Translations under genes and position numbers: made by a program | Part shown: in pieces, positions 1-9,952 of the stretch | Layout: each line of letters begins with the position of its first letter | How positions within the stretch are numbered: the stretch's first letter is position 1 | Assembly: GCA_000961765.1 (NCBI GenBank) | Contig: LADT01000026.1 | Location: 19,574-83,573 of the forward strand | DNA from: Clostridiaceae bacterium BRH_c20a | GTDB taxonomy: Bacteria > Bacillota > Peptococcia > Peptococcales > BICA1-8 | Reading direction: 5' to 3' | DNA: 64,000 nt | The notes under the pieces: model-generated | Told to the model about the DNA's origin: nothing | Databases searched by the model: none | The model's input: the letters and a program-made list of their open reading frames with translations, nothing else

Positions 1-1057
1 GTACTTTTTCTTCAGCCAGTTGTTGATCAAGTTTTTGATAATTAATATGGATGAGCTGGGAAGTAGGCTCATTATCAAAGGTTTCATCCATATAAGTATT
101 GAATAATTTTATCCGTCTATCATATACACCACGAAAATCTAAATATCTTTTATCACTCCACAAATCAAGAAAATTAGTTTCATTAATATTTCCGATAATG
201 AAAGAAGGCTGCTCAAATTCTTTCTCGTTAAAAAATGCCCGGACATTTTTTAGGGCTAAGTATGGGCAGGGTGTTATTAGTCCATCCCATGTAACAAAAA
301 CGTTTTTTAGGGGGTTATAATCACAGGTTATTGCTTCATTACCGATTAGAGGTTTAGGGTTGAAATATACATTTTTACGGTCGGCAATTTTTTTTGCCTG
401 ATTGATAAAAGCTTCATATTCCTCCTTACCTTTGGCTTTTCCTTGTTTAATTAAGTCACCCCGGTTTTCATCCGAAATTATCCCCTCAAAAGCCTTTTTA
501 CTGTTGGTTTCCGGGGAAATAATGAAATTTATATTACTAGCATTAATCTCATCAATTCCCAGATCGCCGGCTTGTTCAACAAAAGACGGTAAATCACTGA
601 TGCTATCTTGAGTCATAACAAAATCAAGAATTATTTTCGTATCGTTTTTACGCTGTTTTACTAAACCCATAATATTTTCGCTGACATTATTAAGAGTAAC
701 AATAGGATAGTTAAAGTTGATAGTAATCTTATCCGGAGATAAATTGGTAAGCTCTTTTATATTTGAGGGGTTAAGCTTAGTGCCTAGTGTTGTTATTTCA
801 AGCTGAGAAGAGTTTTCTCTAGCAATTTTAAACATTTCGAAAAACTGGGGATGCTCGAGTGGATCTTCCCAACCCAAGAAATGTACTCTTTTTGCCTGAT
901 TGAAGTACTTTGATGCTTCAAAAAAGGTGGATAGTTCCATAAATTGATTTGTTTTATTTTCCAAAGGTGATCGATGGGCAATTTCAATTTGTAGGTCATC
1001 AATAATACGAGCTTTTTTTGGTTCCTTTTTTCCAAAAAGTGATGAAAAAAACCCCAT
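1..1057 (-). CDS. Radical SAM/SPASM-like protein lacking the CxxxCxxC motif (partial, runs off left edge)
   Basis: Not in the ORF track. Manual translation from ATG 1057 (RBS GGAGGA at 1065-1070): MGFFSSLFGKK..LQIEIAHRSPLENKTNQFM..HFLGWEDPLEHPQFF..ITTLG..CDYNP..VTWDGLITPCPYL..IGNINETNFLDLW; frame open to position 2. Confidence 0.75.
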   Translation of the reverse strand, partial: MGFFSSLFGKKEPKKARIIDDLQIEIAHRSPLENKTNQFMELSTFFEASKYFNQAKRVHFLGWEDPLEHPQFFEMFKIARENSSQLEITTLGTKLNPSNIKELTNLSPDKITINFNYPIVTLNNVSENIMGLVKQRKNDTKIILDFVMTQDSISDLPSFVEQAGDLGIDEINASNINFIISPETNSKKAFEGIISDENRGDLIKQGKAKGKEEYEAFINQAKKIADRKNVYFNPKPLIGNEAITCDYNPLKNVFVTWDGLITPCPYLALKNVRAFFNEKEFEQPSFIIGNINETNFLDLWSDKRYLDFRGVYDRRIKLFNTYMDETFDNEPTSQLIHINYQKLDQQLAEEKV

Positions 1058-1206
1058 TCTATAATCCTCCCAATAAATATTATTGAATTAAATAGATATT
1101 TAACAGATAATAATTTGCTAAATAACTACCAAAATCCTTCTGGTTTTAAAAATATTTATTGAGGGTAAGATAATTCCAGATGAGACTACTCTGGAGGTAT
1201 ATTTTA

Positions 1207-1866
1207 ATGGATAATAAGCAGTTGGTGCGAGAATTAGTCGCCGAACAAAAATATGAACAATTGCTTAAGTTAGGACGAAAAAAACATAATCAAACTTTAA
1301 AATATATTCAAATGCATCTATTTGAGGATATAAATATGCCTTTAAGGTGGTATGGTATCGAGGCAATTGGCAGACTTACGAGAGAATTGGCTCCAAGGGA
1401 GCCAGAAATATATAGAAATTTGATCCGCCGTTTTTTATGGGCTATGAATGATGAGAGTGGAAATGTACCTTGGAGTTCACCGGAGGGGATAGGCAGTATT
1501 ATAGCCAACCAGCCCTTTTTATTTGGACATTATACTCCAATGCTGATTACTAATGCCTTAGATAATCCAATGTGCCATCGAGGGACTCTTTGGGCAGTTG
1601 GCCGTATAGGGAAGATAAAACATTCATTGGTATTACCGTTTATTGAGGAAATTACCCCTTTTCTTTCTGCGGTGGACTCTGATTTAAGAGGATATGCTGC
1701 CTGGGCTTTAGGTGAAATAGGTTTTTATCGGGTATTACCGGAGTTAATAACCTTACAGGAGGATACAAGTCCTGTGTATATTTTTAGAGAAGGCCGGCTT
1801 AGCTTGGCAAGTGTAGGTACATTAGCCAAAGAAGCTGTCGGAAAGCTGGTTGAGGGAGGGATTTAG
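1207..1866 (+). CDS. HEAT/PBS-lyase-repeat protein (DVU0298-like)
   Basis: LWAMNDESGNVPWSSPEGIG motif and HEAT-like LWAVGRIG / RGYAAWALGEIG; ATG 1207 has GGAGG at 1193-1197. Confidence 0.7.
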   Translation: MDNKQLVRELVAEQKYEQLLKLGRKKHNQTLKYIQMHLFEDINMPLRWYGIEAIGRLTRELAPREPEIYRNLIRRFLWAMNDESGNVPWSSPEGIGSIIANQPFLFGHYTPMLITNALDNPMCHRGTLWAVGRIGKIKHSLVLPFIEEITPFLSAVDSDLRGYAAWALGEIGFYRVLPELITLQEDTSPVYIFREGRLSLASVGTLAKEAVGKLVEGGI

Positions 1867-2514
1867 ATGTCAAAAAAAATAAATGAAGGGTCTTATTCCG
1901 TGGCTTTTGTGCAAAGCCGGAAGAAGTTACAACAATTGTCACCAGATAAGATTTCAAAATTAACATTACTAAAATATGATTGGGCTAATAACTGTTTTAT
2001 GGTTGATAGTTTTGGTCATGAAATTGAGATTTCATATCCTGAAGGAAAAGTTAGTTTAAAGGATTCAGATGAAAATATTTTGTCCCTTCCTTGGCAATTA
2101 ATTTTACTAAATTATTTATCTAGTTCCAAAGATGAGCCAATGAAAAATGAATTAGTTTCCTATAGAGATCTGCCCCATGGTAATGTATTTTACCCTAATA
2201 TTAAGACTCACATCTTAGAAGGGCTAGGTAAGTTTTTTTCCAACTGTGATAGGAATACAGTTGGAAATGTTTTAAATAAATTAGGGTTTGCTTTTATACA
2301 ATCTAAAGCTGATCTAGCAGCTAGAGCCGAATTTGTTCCAAGAGTTCCTGTACAAATTCAGTTTTGGGAGGGAGAAGAGGGAATGCCCTCTTCATGCCAG
2401 ATTCTATTTGACCGTAGTATAGCAGACCAAATACATATTGAAGATGCGGCTGCCTTATGCTACATAATTAAGGAATTAATTATTAAACTCTATTCATTAG
2501 AAGAAATAATTTAA
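1867..2514 (+). CDS. DUF3786 family protein
   Basis: LILLNYL, SYRDLPHGNVF, PRVPVQIQFWEGEEGMPSSCQILFD motifs. Confidence 0.75.
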   Translation: MSKKINEGSYSVAFVQSRKKLQQLSPDKISKLTLLKYDWANNCFMVDSFGHEIEISYPEGKVSLKDSDENILSLPWQLILLNYLSSSKDEPMKNELVSYRDLPHGNVFYPNIKTHILEGLGKFFSNCDRNTVGNVLNKLGFAFIQSKADLAARAEFVPRVPVQIQFWEGEEGMPSSCQILFDRSIADQIHIEDAAALCYIIKELIIKLYSLEEII

Positions 2515-3857
2515 TCTTCTAATAACTGCCTGCCAATAATGCGTTCTAAATCCATAATCGTGTTGCATTCGAACATTCTGCAAAAAGGTTGAAAAGCTGC
2601 CACAGAAGGATGCTTATCCCAGGTTCTTTGAGGTAAGGTATTCAACCAGAGAATCTGTTTTACCCTTTTTTGGACAGATTGCAGTTTTTCCGCTGCTTTA
2701 GCAGTAGCTAAACTTTTAGTATCACTGACAATAATCACTATTGTATTTTTCTTTAAAAGAAAGCGATGCTCGTCTTCTAGTTTTTGCAAACTTTGATTAA
2801 GGTCTGTTCCTTGCCCCCATACCTGTCTTCCCTCGCCTAACATAGTCATAATTTCTTCAAAAGAAACACCTTTTTGAAACCATGGAGTGGTTTTCTCTAG
2901 GCGCTCGGCAAAAAGAAATGTTTCCATGCTGCTAATCGCCATAGACAACCCTAAGGAAAATTGTAGAATAAATTTTGTGTACTTACTCATCGACCCTGAG
3001 ACATCACAGAGAAGAACGAGTTGAGGTTTTGTTACCTTCTTGGATTTATAGTGAAGCTTAACCATAGCTCCACCCAAACCAATGTTTTTACGGATGCTTC
3101 TACGCAAATCAATCACAGAGCGTTTACTGCTCTGCTGATAACGTCGCGAAATGCGGGTGGCTAATTTCCTGGATAGATGATGGAGCAGCCGCTCAGCCTC
3201 AGGTGAATCCGCTTCACTTATATTTTGGATGTCCTTTCTTAGAAGCCGGGATTGCTCCTCCTTGAGCCCCTTTTGTACTTGGTTTAATAGATAATCTACT
3301 TCCTGGTCTCCTGTCGCCGGTACTTCAAAAGGTTGGGGGATTTCGCCTTTATTTTGCCAATAAGCAAGCTGGCCTCGAACTAAGTTTTCAATCATGGGTT
3401 TAAAGTCCTTCTCCATATGGGTACCTTCGGAGCTTTTCTTTAAAAAATCCTGTAATCTTTCCTGGGCAAGATTATCCAAGTTAACATAGGATAGTTTCTC
3501 TTTTTGTGTTAAATTTAGGCTTTCGCCTTGAAAGGTTAAATCTGACTCTGCTTGGGTTAATTGCTGCTGTACTTCACTGTCTTCCTGTCTCTTTTGGACC
3601 TGCCATTCTTTTTTTTGCTCGGGAGACGCAAAAAATGTTTGAAAAGTTTGTTCAAAAAGGGCTAAATCTTCTTGCCTTTTAATCAAGGAACATTTTAAGG
3701 CTGCTTTAACGCTGTTTCTATCACTGAAATTAACATATTCAAAGGCTTGAAAAACATCTAACATTTCTGCTAAACTAACCCGTGCTCCTAACAGACGTAA
3801 AAGGTTAATATAATCAATCAGGTTTTTGCCAATTGCAAAATCCGTCTCTTTGGACAT
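2511..3857 (-). CDS. CoxE-like VWA domain protein
   Basis: IDLRRSIRKN, LCDVSGSM (MIDAS), WGQGTDL, ILWLN; adjacent to a MoxR ATPase. Confidence 0.85.
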   Translation of the reverse strand: MSKETDFAIGKNLIDYINLLRLLGARVSLAEMLDVFQAFEYVNFSDRNSVKAALKCSLIKRQEDLALFEQTFQTFFASPEQKKEWQVQKRQEDSEVQQQLTQAESDLTFQGESLNLTQKEKLSYVNLDNLAQERLQDFLKKSSEGTHMEKDFKPMIENLVRGQLAYWQNKGEIPQPFEVPATGDQEVDYLLNQVQKGLKEEQSRLLRKDIQNISEADSPEAERLLHHLSRKLATRISRRYQQSSKRSVIDLRRSIRKNIGLGGAMVKLHYKSKKVTKPQLVLLCDVSGSMSKYTKFILQFSLGLSMAISSMETFLFAERLEKTTPWFQKGVSFEEIMTMLGEGRQVWGQGTDLNQSLQKLEDEHRFLLKKNTIVIIVSDTKSLATAKAAEKLQSVQKRVKQILWLNTLPQRTWDKHPSVAAFQPFCRMFECNTIMDLERIIGRQLLED

Positions 3858-3860
3858 TTT

Positions 3861-4751
3861 TTAGCCCCCCAGTTTGGCAATTTCCCGTTGAAGTCCATGG
3901 GACCCCAGTAGCTCTCGAAAAGTATCCAAATCCTGTTTGTCTTTCAAAACTACGTTAAGGGTTTTATCAATTAAGTCTTGGTCAAGGTTTACGGCCATTA
4001 AAGCTTCTAATGCTCTTGCCCAGTCGAGGGTTTCTGAGATAGCTGGCTTTTTCCGCAGATTTAGCTTTTGTCTGATTATATAGACAGCACTAGCGATATC
4101 TCCTGCTAGGCGTTCAGCAATTCCCGGGACCTTGGCGCGGATGATTTGTAGTTCTTTTTCTAAGGTAGGGTAACCAATGTATAGAAAGAGACATCTCCGC
4201 TTCAGACCATCAGAAAGATCTCTTTCTCCGTTACTAGTCAAAATCACTATGGGTATTTGTTTTGCTGCAATTGTGCCTAGTTCAGGTATGGAAACCTGAA
4301 AATCAGAAAGCACTTCAAATAAAAAGGCCTCGAATTCTTCATCTGTTTTATCAATTTCATCTATTAAGAGCACAGATCTTTTTTCGGTCAGAATAGCCTT
4401 TAAGAGCGGTCGCTCTAATAAGTAGTCTTTAGAAAAGATACCGGTTTCCAACTCGCTAAGCTGCTCTCTTTCTTTATTAATCTGGATATGCAGCAGCTGT
4501 TTTTGATAATTCCATTCATAAAGTGCTTTATTCTCATCCAAACCCTCATAACACTGCAATCTGATTAAATCAGTTTGGAAAATTCTACTTAAGACTTTGG
4601 CAATTTCAGTTTTCCCCACTCCCGGAGCGCCTGTTACCAAAAGGGGTTTTTGTAACTTGATGGCTAGGTACACATTCATGATAACTTCATCATCACAAAT
4701 ATAGTCTTCTGACTCAAAAGCTCGCCGCAAGTCTACTAAAGATAATTCCAT
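3861..4751 (-). CDS. CoxD-like MoxR AAA+ ATPase
   Basis: Walker A GAPGVGKT, RLQCYEGLD, LLIDEIDK, LSDGLKRRC. Confidence 0.9.
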   Translation of the reverse strand: MELSLVDLRRAFESEDYICDDEVIMNVYLAIKLQKPLLVTGAPGVGKTEIAKVLSRIFQTDLIRLQCYEGLDENKALYEWNYQKQLLHIQINKEREQLSELETGIFSKDYLLERPLLKAILTEKRSVLLIDEIDKTDEEFEAFLFEVLSDFQVSIPELGTIAAKQIPIVILTSNGERDLSDGLKRRCLFLYIGYPTLEKELQIIRAKVPGIAERLAGDIASAVYIIRQKLNLRKKPAISETLDWARALEALMAVNLDQDLIDKTLNVVLKDKQDLDTFRELLGSHGLQREIAKLGG

Positions 4752-4860
4752 AAAGAGCCTCCTTTAACTGTTGTTATATTATGATAGCAAATATTCGCTG
4801 AACTACCTATGACAATTATCACAAAAGTATGAAAAAGATAAAACAATATACTTTAAAGTA

Positions 4861-5253
4861 TTATATTTTTGACTCTGTATCATACTTCCAATCATTTATA
4901 CCACCTAGGTTAAAAACATTGGTATATCCTAGTTCTGCTAAAATCTTTGCTGCAGCTGCGCTTCTATTACCACTTCGGCAATAGACAAAAATTTTAGCTT
5001 CTTTATCCTTTATTTTTTCTTCGACTTCTTCCTTAAGAACCTCAACGGGAATCAGTAAGCTCCTAGGAATATGTTTTTCATTATATTCTTCAATAGTTCT
5101 TACATCTAAAAGAATAATATCCTTTTCTTTTTGTAACTGCTCATAGGCAATGTCTGGTTTTATATTTTGGTAATTTTGCCTTTGGTCTTTGGTTTGACAA
5201 CCTACGCTAAAAAGTAGTGAAACAAGAAATATAAATAAAATCAGCTTCCTCAT
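4861..5253 (-). CDS. Rhodanese-like lipoprotein
   Basis: Lipobox SVGC, LLDVRT, YCRSGNRS active-site loop. Confidence 0.9.
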   Translation of the reverse strand: MRKLILFIFLVSLLFSVGCQTKDQRQNYQNIKPDIAYEQLQKEKDIILLDVRTIEEYNEKHIPRSLLIPVEVLKEEVEEKIKDKEAKIFVYCRSGNRSAAAAKILAELGYTNVFNLGGINDWKYDTESKI

Positions 5254-5495
5254 TATATACCTTCCTTTCTAAGCCCTGTTTTTTGTAATGCTACTTCTAT
5301 TTTAATCAAATTAGCTATTTAATGCATAGCTCAATTTATGGTAGGGGTAATAAAAGGGGGAAGAGCCAATTTTTTGTAGTGTTATATTGCCTTTAAAGCT
5401 GTTGAAGTACTGCAAATGGCACTAAATTTTCGGTTAGTTTTGATCCTATATAAGGTATAATAAAGGATAATGTCATAATTAAGTGGAGGCTTTTA

Positions 5496-6104
5496 ATGGA
5501 AAAATTAATTCAAAAACTTAAAGAAAAAAACTTTCAAGCCTATTTAGCTCAAGATAGCAAGGAGGCCAAGAAAATTGCGTTAGCTTTAATCCCGGAAAGA
5601 GCTACTATTGGTATGGGTAATTCTTTGACCCTTCGGGAAACTGGAATTTTCGATGAATTGGTTTCCGGGAAGTATAAAGTTATTAACCAATTTGAAAAGG
5701 GAATATCTCGGGAAGAAAACTTACAACGCCGAAAAAACGGTTTGTTGGCTGATGTATATTTTAGTAGTGTAAATGCTCTTACCCAAGAAGGTGCGCTAGT
5801 TAACATTGATGGCAAGGGTAATCGGATTGCGGCTATTAATTTTGGTCCTGATAAAGTCATTTTAGTAGTAGGAAAAAACAAAGTTGTTGATAATGAAGAG
5901 GGGGCGTGGCAAAGACTGAAAAAAGCTGCACCAGTTCTTGCAAAAAAGCTAGGCAGAAAAACACCATGTGTTGAGACGGAAATCTGTTCTGATTGTAAAT
6001 CTCCCCAGCGAATTTGCCGTTTTTATTCAGTAATTCGCAGTCAAATGCCTGATGATAGAGATAGAATCCATGTGATCTTAGTAAATGAAGATTTAGGTAT
6101 CTAA
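5496..6104 (+). CDS. LUD-domain (lactate utilization-like) protein
   Basis: NIDGKGNRIAA, FGPDKVILVVGKNK and C-terminal TPC..C.DC.SP.RIC. Confidence 0.8.
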   Translation: MEKLIQKLKEKNFQAYLAQDSKEAKKIALALIPERATIGMGNSLTLRETGIFDELVSGKYKVINQFEKGISREENLQRRKNGLLADVYFSSVNALTQEGALVNIDGKGNRIAAINFGPDKVILVVGKNKVVDNEEGAWQRLKKAAPVLAKKLGRKTPCVETEICSDCKSPQRICRFYSVIRSQMPDDRDRIHVILVNEDLGI

Positions 6105-6203
6105 CCTTAAGTGGAAGTTTCTTCGCTAGCGCTTTTGAATGACCAGCTAAACTATTTGCTGTATTGTTGTTAGTGTCCGCAATAAAAGAGAGTATTAAGC
6201 ATT

Positions 6204-6243
6204 AAAAAACCTTAGTCTATTTAATCTAGGCTAAGGTTTTTTT
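6204..6243. terminator. Bidirectional intrinsic terminator
   Basis: AAAAAACCTTAGTCTA..TAGGCTAAGGTTTTTT between convergent genes. Confidence 0.75.
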
Positions 6244-6270
6244 GTGTTAACTCCAGTAGGTTCAACCACT

Positions 6271-7197
6271 CTATTCTTTTAATCTGGGGTCTAAGGCATC
6301 CCTTAATCCATCACCTAATAAATTGAATCCTAACACCGTAAGCATGATCGCTAAGCCGGGATACATAACTGACCAGGGCGCTTGACGCAAATAGCCCCTG
6401 CTGTCTGCTAACATTGCACCCCATTCGGGCATAGGAGGCTGAGCACCTAGACCTAAAAAACTTAAGCCGGCAGCTTCCAAGATTGCTGTCCCAATTGTCA
6501 GCGTTGCTTGAACAATTATGGGAGCGAGGCAGTTAGGTAGTACATGGCGAAAAATAATTTGCACATCTGTACACCCGATGGCTTTACTAGCTTCTACGTA
6601 TTCAGTCTCTTTTACTGATAAAACTGAGGCACGAACGATTCGGGCAAATCTAGGTATATTGACTATACCCACAGCTATCATGGCATTTTTAAGGCTGGGA
6701 CCTAAAATAGTAACTATGGCAAGTGCTAATAGAATTGTGGGAAAAGCCAGCATTATATCTACTAGGCGCATAATCCCAACATCGATCCATCTGCCGTAGT
6801 ATCCTGATAGCACACCTAGTGTTGTTCCAAATAGTAGGGCAATACCCACGGAAATAACACCTATTTGTACGGAAATACCTGCCCCATGGATGATTCTGCT
6901 TAAGACATCTCGACCTTGGGAATCTGTACCCAAGAGATACTTTTCCGATGGAGGCTGCTGTCGGTCCTTTAATATTCCATTTTCGGGGTCATGGGGTGCT
7001 AAAAAAGGAGCAAAGATGGCACAAAAAAATAAAATACCGATAATAATTGCACCAAACACAGCAATGTTATTTTTCTTAAGTCTCTTAAAAGTATCCTGCC
7101 AGAGTCCGCCAGATTTTGTAAATTTGTCATCTACAAGTGGTTGAGGAGTTATAGTAGTGTTTATATCTTTAATTGTTTTCATCGCTTTGCCTCCCAA
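6271..7197 (-). CDS. dppC: Peptide ABC transporter permease (DppC/OppC)
   Basis: LGTDSQGRD, EAA loop (YVEASKAIG), FNLLGDGLRDALDPR. Confidence 0.9.
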   Translation of the reverse strand: MGGKAMKTIKDINTTITPQPLVDDKFTKSGGLWQDTFKRLKKNNIAVFGAIIIGILFFCAIFAPFLAPHDPENGILKDRQQPPSEKYLLGTDSQGRDVLSRIIHGAGISVQIGVISVGIALLFGTTLGVLSGYYGRWIDVGIMRLVDIMLAFPTILLALAIVTILGPSLKNAMIAVGIVNIPRFARIVRASVLSVKETEYVEASKAIGCTDVQIIFRHVLPNCLAPIIVQATLTIGTAILEAAGLSFLGLGAQPPMPEWGAMLADSRGYLRQAPWSVMYPGLAIMLTVLGFNLLGDGLRDALDPRLKE

Positions 7198-7198
7198 C

Positions 7199-8203
7199 CT
7201 ATTCTAGTTTGATTCTGGGATCAATATAATTATAAGTTAAATCAACAAGCAGGTTTACTAAGACAAAACAGAATGAAATTAATAAGATGCCACCCTGGAC
7301 AACAGGATAATCTCTAGCCATTATGGCTAGATACAACCTTCGGCCTAATCCCGGGTAAGAAAAAACAGTTTCGGTCATTACAGCTCCCCCGAGTAATATA
7401 CCAAATTGTAAGCCTATTACTGTAATTACCGGTAAAAAGGCATTTTTTATGGCATGTTTAAAGACTACAATGTTTTCTGGTAAGCCTTTTGCCCGGGCTG
7501 TTCTAATATAATCCTGACGCATAACTTCTAACATACTAGAGCGAGTCATTCGGGCAATTATTGCCATAGGAATGGTGGCTAATGCAAAACTAGGCATAAA
7601 TAAGTGCCATAGAATATTTTTGAAGGCATTTAAGTTACCCGCTAAAAGTGAATCAAATAATAATAAATGGGTTATCCGAGGGACGTTAATTGCTACATCT
7701 AATCTGCCCGATGGAGGGAACCAGCCAAGTTTGTAGGCAAAGGCCCAAATCATTAATAAACCTAACCAGAAAATTGGCATAGAAACACCAACCAATGCTC
7801 CAACCATACTAAGATTATCGAAGATAGAATACTGCTTAACAGCGGCAATTGTCCCTGCTGCAATACCTACTACTACTGCGATAATCATTGCTACTATTGT
7901 TAGCTCTAATGTGGCAGCAAAGGATATTAACAGTTCATAGGTTACTTTTTCATTGGTGATAATTGATGTTCCTAAGTCTCCACTGAGAATATTCTTAAGA
8001 AAGTTAAGAAACTGGATATATAAAGGTTCATTTAAACCTAATTTTTCCTGTAAAGCTAAGATAGAAGCTTCATTTGCTCTTTCGCCTAAAATTATGCGAG
8101 CAGGGTCCCCTGGAATCATGTGAATTATTGAAAAGGCAAGCAGGCTTACACCGATAAGTACTGGAATCAGCATCAGGAGTCTTTTTAAGATATAATTTAC
8201 CAT
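7199..8203 (-). CDS. dppB: Peptide ABC transporter permease (DppB/OppB)
   Basis: IPGDPA, RMTRSSMLEV..DYIRTARAKG, ETVFSYPGLG. Confidence 0.9.
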   Translation of the reverse strand: MVNYILKRLLMLIPVLIGVSLLAFSIIHMIPGDPARIILGERANEASILALQEKLGLNEPLYIQFLNFLKNILSGDLGTSIITNEKVTYELLISFAATLELTIVAMIIAVVVGIAAGTIAAVKQYSIFDNLSMVGALVGVSMPIFWLGLLMIWAFAYKLGWFPPSGRLDVAINVPRITHLLLFDSLLAGNLNAFKNILWHLFMPSFALATIPMAIIARMTRSSMLEVMRQDYIRTARAKGLPENIVVFKHAIKNAFLPVITVIGLQFGILLGGAVMTETVFSYPGLGRRLYLAIMARDYPVVQGGILLISFCFVLVNLLVDLTYNYIDPRIKLE

Positions 8204-8231
8204 TTAGTTACTGCCTCCCTTAAACCTTAGA

Positions 8232-8254
8232 TGGGGAGCCGTCAAGGCCCCCCA
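8232..8254 (-). other. Intercistronic stem-loop after dppA
   Basis: TGGGGAGCC..GGCCCCCCA hairpin; such hairpins commonly follow substrate-binding-protein genes. Confidence 0.45.
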
Positions 8255-8272
8255 AGTTAGTCTATTGTGATT

Positions 8273-9907
8273 TTATTCAATATCAACTTTCCAGAAGGTA
8301 GACTCTCCACCTGTTGGGTGTGGTATGAAATTTTTGACTGATTTTTTAGCTGCTATAGGAGGTGTTGAATGTACTAAAGGTATCCAAGGTGCGTCTTCAT
8401 GGATGATAACCTGAGCTTCCTCATATAATTTAGCTCTTTTAGCCTGGTCAGTTTCCTTTTGAGCTGCGATTAACAAGTCATGGACTTTGTCGCTTTTGTA
8501 AAAGGCAAAGTTTCCAGCTGAACCAACTTTAGCATTATCCTTATCTAAAAGAACATACATGAAGTTATCCGGGTCACCGTTATCACCGTTCCAGCCGATT
8601 AGATACATTGAGTGCTCGCCAAATTCACCTTTTTCCAGATAAGTTCCCCAATCCATTGTTACTATCTCAGCCTCTACACCAACGGCGGCAAACTGTTGCT
8701 GCATTGCAGTAGCAATTTCCTTGGGCTGTGGCATATAGGGACGGGCTACGGGCATAGCCCACAGCTCTGTTTTAAAGCCGTTGGGGTAACCAGCTTCCGC
8801 TAGCAATGCCTTGGCTTTGGCTGGGTCATACTCATAGTCTACAATGGCATCATTATAGCCCCATAAAGATGGAGGCAATGGGTTTTTAGCAGTTTTAGCA
8901 AAGCCTGCATAAAAGGCATCTATCAATGCTTGCTTATCTATAGCATGGTTTAAAGCTCTTCTAACTAGGACATTATCAAAGGGCTCTTTCTCATTGTGTA
9001 GTGCCAGGTAGCCAACATTCATACTTGGTCTAAGTAGTAACTGCAAATTAGGGTCTTGCTCAACAATGGTGGCATCCTCAGGACTTAAACCTATCATAAT
9101 ATCAATGGTACCTGCCTGCAGTTCCATTAAACGGGCAGAATTATCAGGGATTGCTCTAAATATCAACTTATCCAGTTTGGGACCTTCACCCCAGTAGTCC
9201 TCGTTCTTTTCCAGAACAATTTTATCATCCTTAAGCCACTCGACAAATTTGAAGGGACCTGTACCAACAGGATTTTTAAAAAAGTCTTTTCCGTATTTTT
9301 TGATAGCTTCCGGACTAGAAATACCAAAGCAAGGCATTCCCAGGTTATTGATAAATGGAGCAAATGGTTGGGTGAGTTCAACTTCTACAGTTAGTTCATC
9401 TACTGCTCTAACTTCTTTGACAACCCCGGGATATCCGCCAAACATATACCCCCAATATTCGTAAGCTTCACCTTCATAGCGGTAAGCATTATCTTCAAAC
9501 ATCCACCTATCAAAGTTGAATTTTACAGCTTCAGCATTAAGGGGTGTGCCGTCGTGGAATTTGACCCCTTCCCGTAAGTTAAAGACCCATATTAAGCCGT
9601 CTTTATCTTTGGGTTCCCAGGTTTTTGCCAATCCAGGAATAATATTTGTGTTATCATCTTCATAATCTACTAAAGTATCAGTAATATTTCTAGATACATA
9701 AAAGGATTCACCATCTGTTTCATTGGCCGGGTCTAGGCCCACACTATCGCCGCCCCGGGCAAAAACTAGTACTTTTTCCTTTACTTCTGGTTCTTTAGGT
9801 GCTTCAGCCTCTTGTTTGGGCTCGGGAGTGGTACCACCACAGCCGGCAATAAACAGTGACAAACTTAAAAGAGCTATTAATACTAAAATCCACTTCTTTC
9901 CTTGCAT
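8273..9907 (-). CDS. dppA: Peptide ABC substrate-binding lipoprotein (family 5, DppA-like)
   Basis: Lipobox IAGC, LREGVKFHDG, PVGTGPFKF, GWNGDNGDPDNF. Confidence 0.9.
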   Translation of the reverse strand: MQGKKWILVLIALLSLSLFIAGCGGTTPEPKQEAEAPKEPEVKEKVLVFARGGDSVGLDPANETDGESFYVSRNITDTLVDYEDDNTNIIPGLAKTWEPKDKDGLIWVFNLREGVKFHDGTPLNAEAVKFNFDRWMFEDNAYRYEGEAYEYWGYMFGGYPGVVKEVRAVDELTVEVELTQPFAPFINNLGMPCFGISSPEAIKKYGKDFFKNPVGTGPFKFVEWLKDDKIVLEKNEDYWGEGPKLDKLIFRAIPDNSARLMELQAGTIDIMIGLSPEDATIVEQDPNLQLLLRPSMNVGYLALHNEKEPFDNVLVRRALNHAIDKQALIDAFYAGFAKTAKNPLPPSLWGYNDAIVDYEYDPAKAKALLAEAGYPNGFKTELWAMPVARPYMPQPKEIATAMQQQFAAVGVEAEIVTMDWGTYLEKGEFGEHSMYLIGWNGDNGDPDNFMYVLLDKDNAKVGSAGNFAFYKSDKVHDLLIAAQKETDQAKRAKLYEEAQVIIHEDAPWIPLVHSTPPIAAKKSVKNFIPHPTGGESTFWKVDIE

Positions 9908-9952
9908 TTTTATACCCCCTCGTATCTATTAGTAATAAATTGGCAGACTTAT

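Noticed and set aside
99-1035. ORF-track entries 99..320, 402..611 and 793..1035
   Set aside because: Shadow or alternate frames of the real minus-strand gene 1057..<1, which the track missed because it has no stop in the window.
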